Shown here in pieces: positions 63,391 to 64,000 of a stretch of DNA of 64,000 nucleotides. Every line of letters starts with the position of its first letter. Positions within the stretch are counted from its first letter, which is position 1. The notes below the pieces were generated by a model. It saw only the letters and a list, made by a program, of their open reading frames with translations. It ran no database searches and was not told where the DNA came from. The stretch covers positions 558,001 through 622,000 of the forward strand of contig NW_026937312.1 in NCBI RefSeq assembly GCF_032062105.1, in the 5' to 3' direction. The translations under genes and the position numbers were made by a program. The stretch comes from Saccostrea cucullata (lineage: Eukaryota).

Positions 63391-64000
63391 ACATGGACGT
63401 TTTGTATTATCAAGGAAATTAAAAATGGTGCAGAGCAAAGATGAAGGTAAAATTTATATATGGTTTATATAAGCATTTATAGAAAAAATATCAGCTGAAT
63501 AAATTCTTAATACGTGAAGTTTTTGTGAGTATTCCAACGCTTACTTTTGAAAATATTTGTCAACATGATTTTTATGTGAGTTGTTCAAAATTTCTTAATT
63601 GCTTTAAAATAGATTAGCATTTAGCGATGTACGTTTAGATATGCCTGATTGGAAAATAAGTGGATTGATGGTATTTTGTTTCACGCCCCCCTCGAGAATT
63701 TTTCACTCATATGGAGAAATGGAAAATAAGTGGAAAAAATTATATTCTAAAACATTCTACTATATTTGATTGCCGCCACTATAGTATAAGAAAAAAATGT
63801 ATACCTTATGAATAAACCAACATATTCACATCCTTGATTATCGAAATTTTCAAGGGACTAATAGAGATTATCATATAGTAAAGAAATCGCTCCTGAAAAC
63901 CATTTCAACCATTTCCTACAATATCTTTGAAACCGATGTTAATTTAAAGAGACATGTGAGCATTTGAATATTGACTTCTCTGGTCCATATTTTTTTCACG

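Overview
AT-rich eukaryotic genomic DNA with GT-AG introns, most likely a bivalve mollusc (oyster-like, inferred from the Cg170-type Helitron/HINE repeats and the B-box/NHL TRIM type). The first 25.5 kb holds four genes: the 3' exons of PPIP5K (+, including two candidate microexons), a head-to-head pair of single-coding-exon B-box TRIM-like genes (one without NHL on -, one with NHL on +), and a complete multi-exon WDR3/UTP12 gene (-). The rest is gene-poor and rich in transposons. It contains many MITEs, nested HINEs, Naiad-like Penelope fragments, and a 5'-truncated APE-RT LINE flanked by a 1,801-bp direct duplication of its target region. It also contains an internally deleted Ngaro-type (DIRS) element with split direct repeats, an intact SGNH hydrolase ORF upstream of a gag-like ORF, and a shared TTTAT core at both ends and at the internal junction. 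All calls were made by eye with no database searches, so family names rest on remembered motifs.
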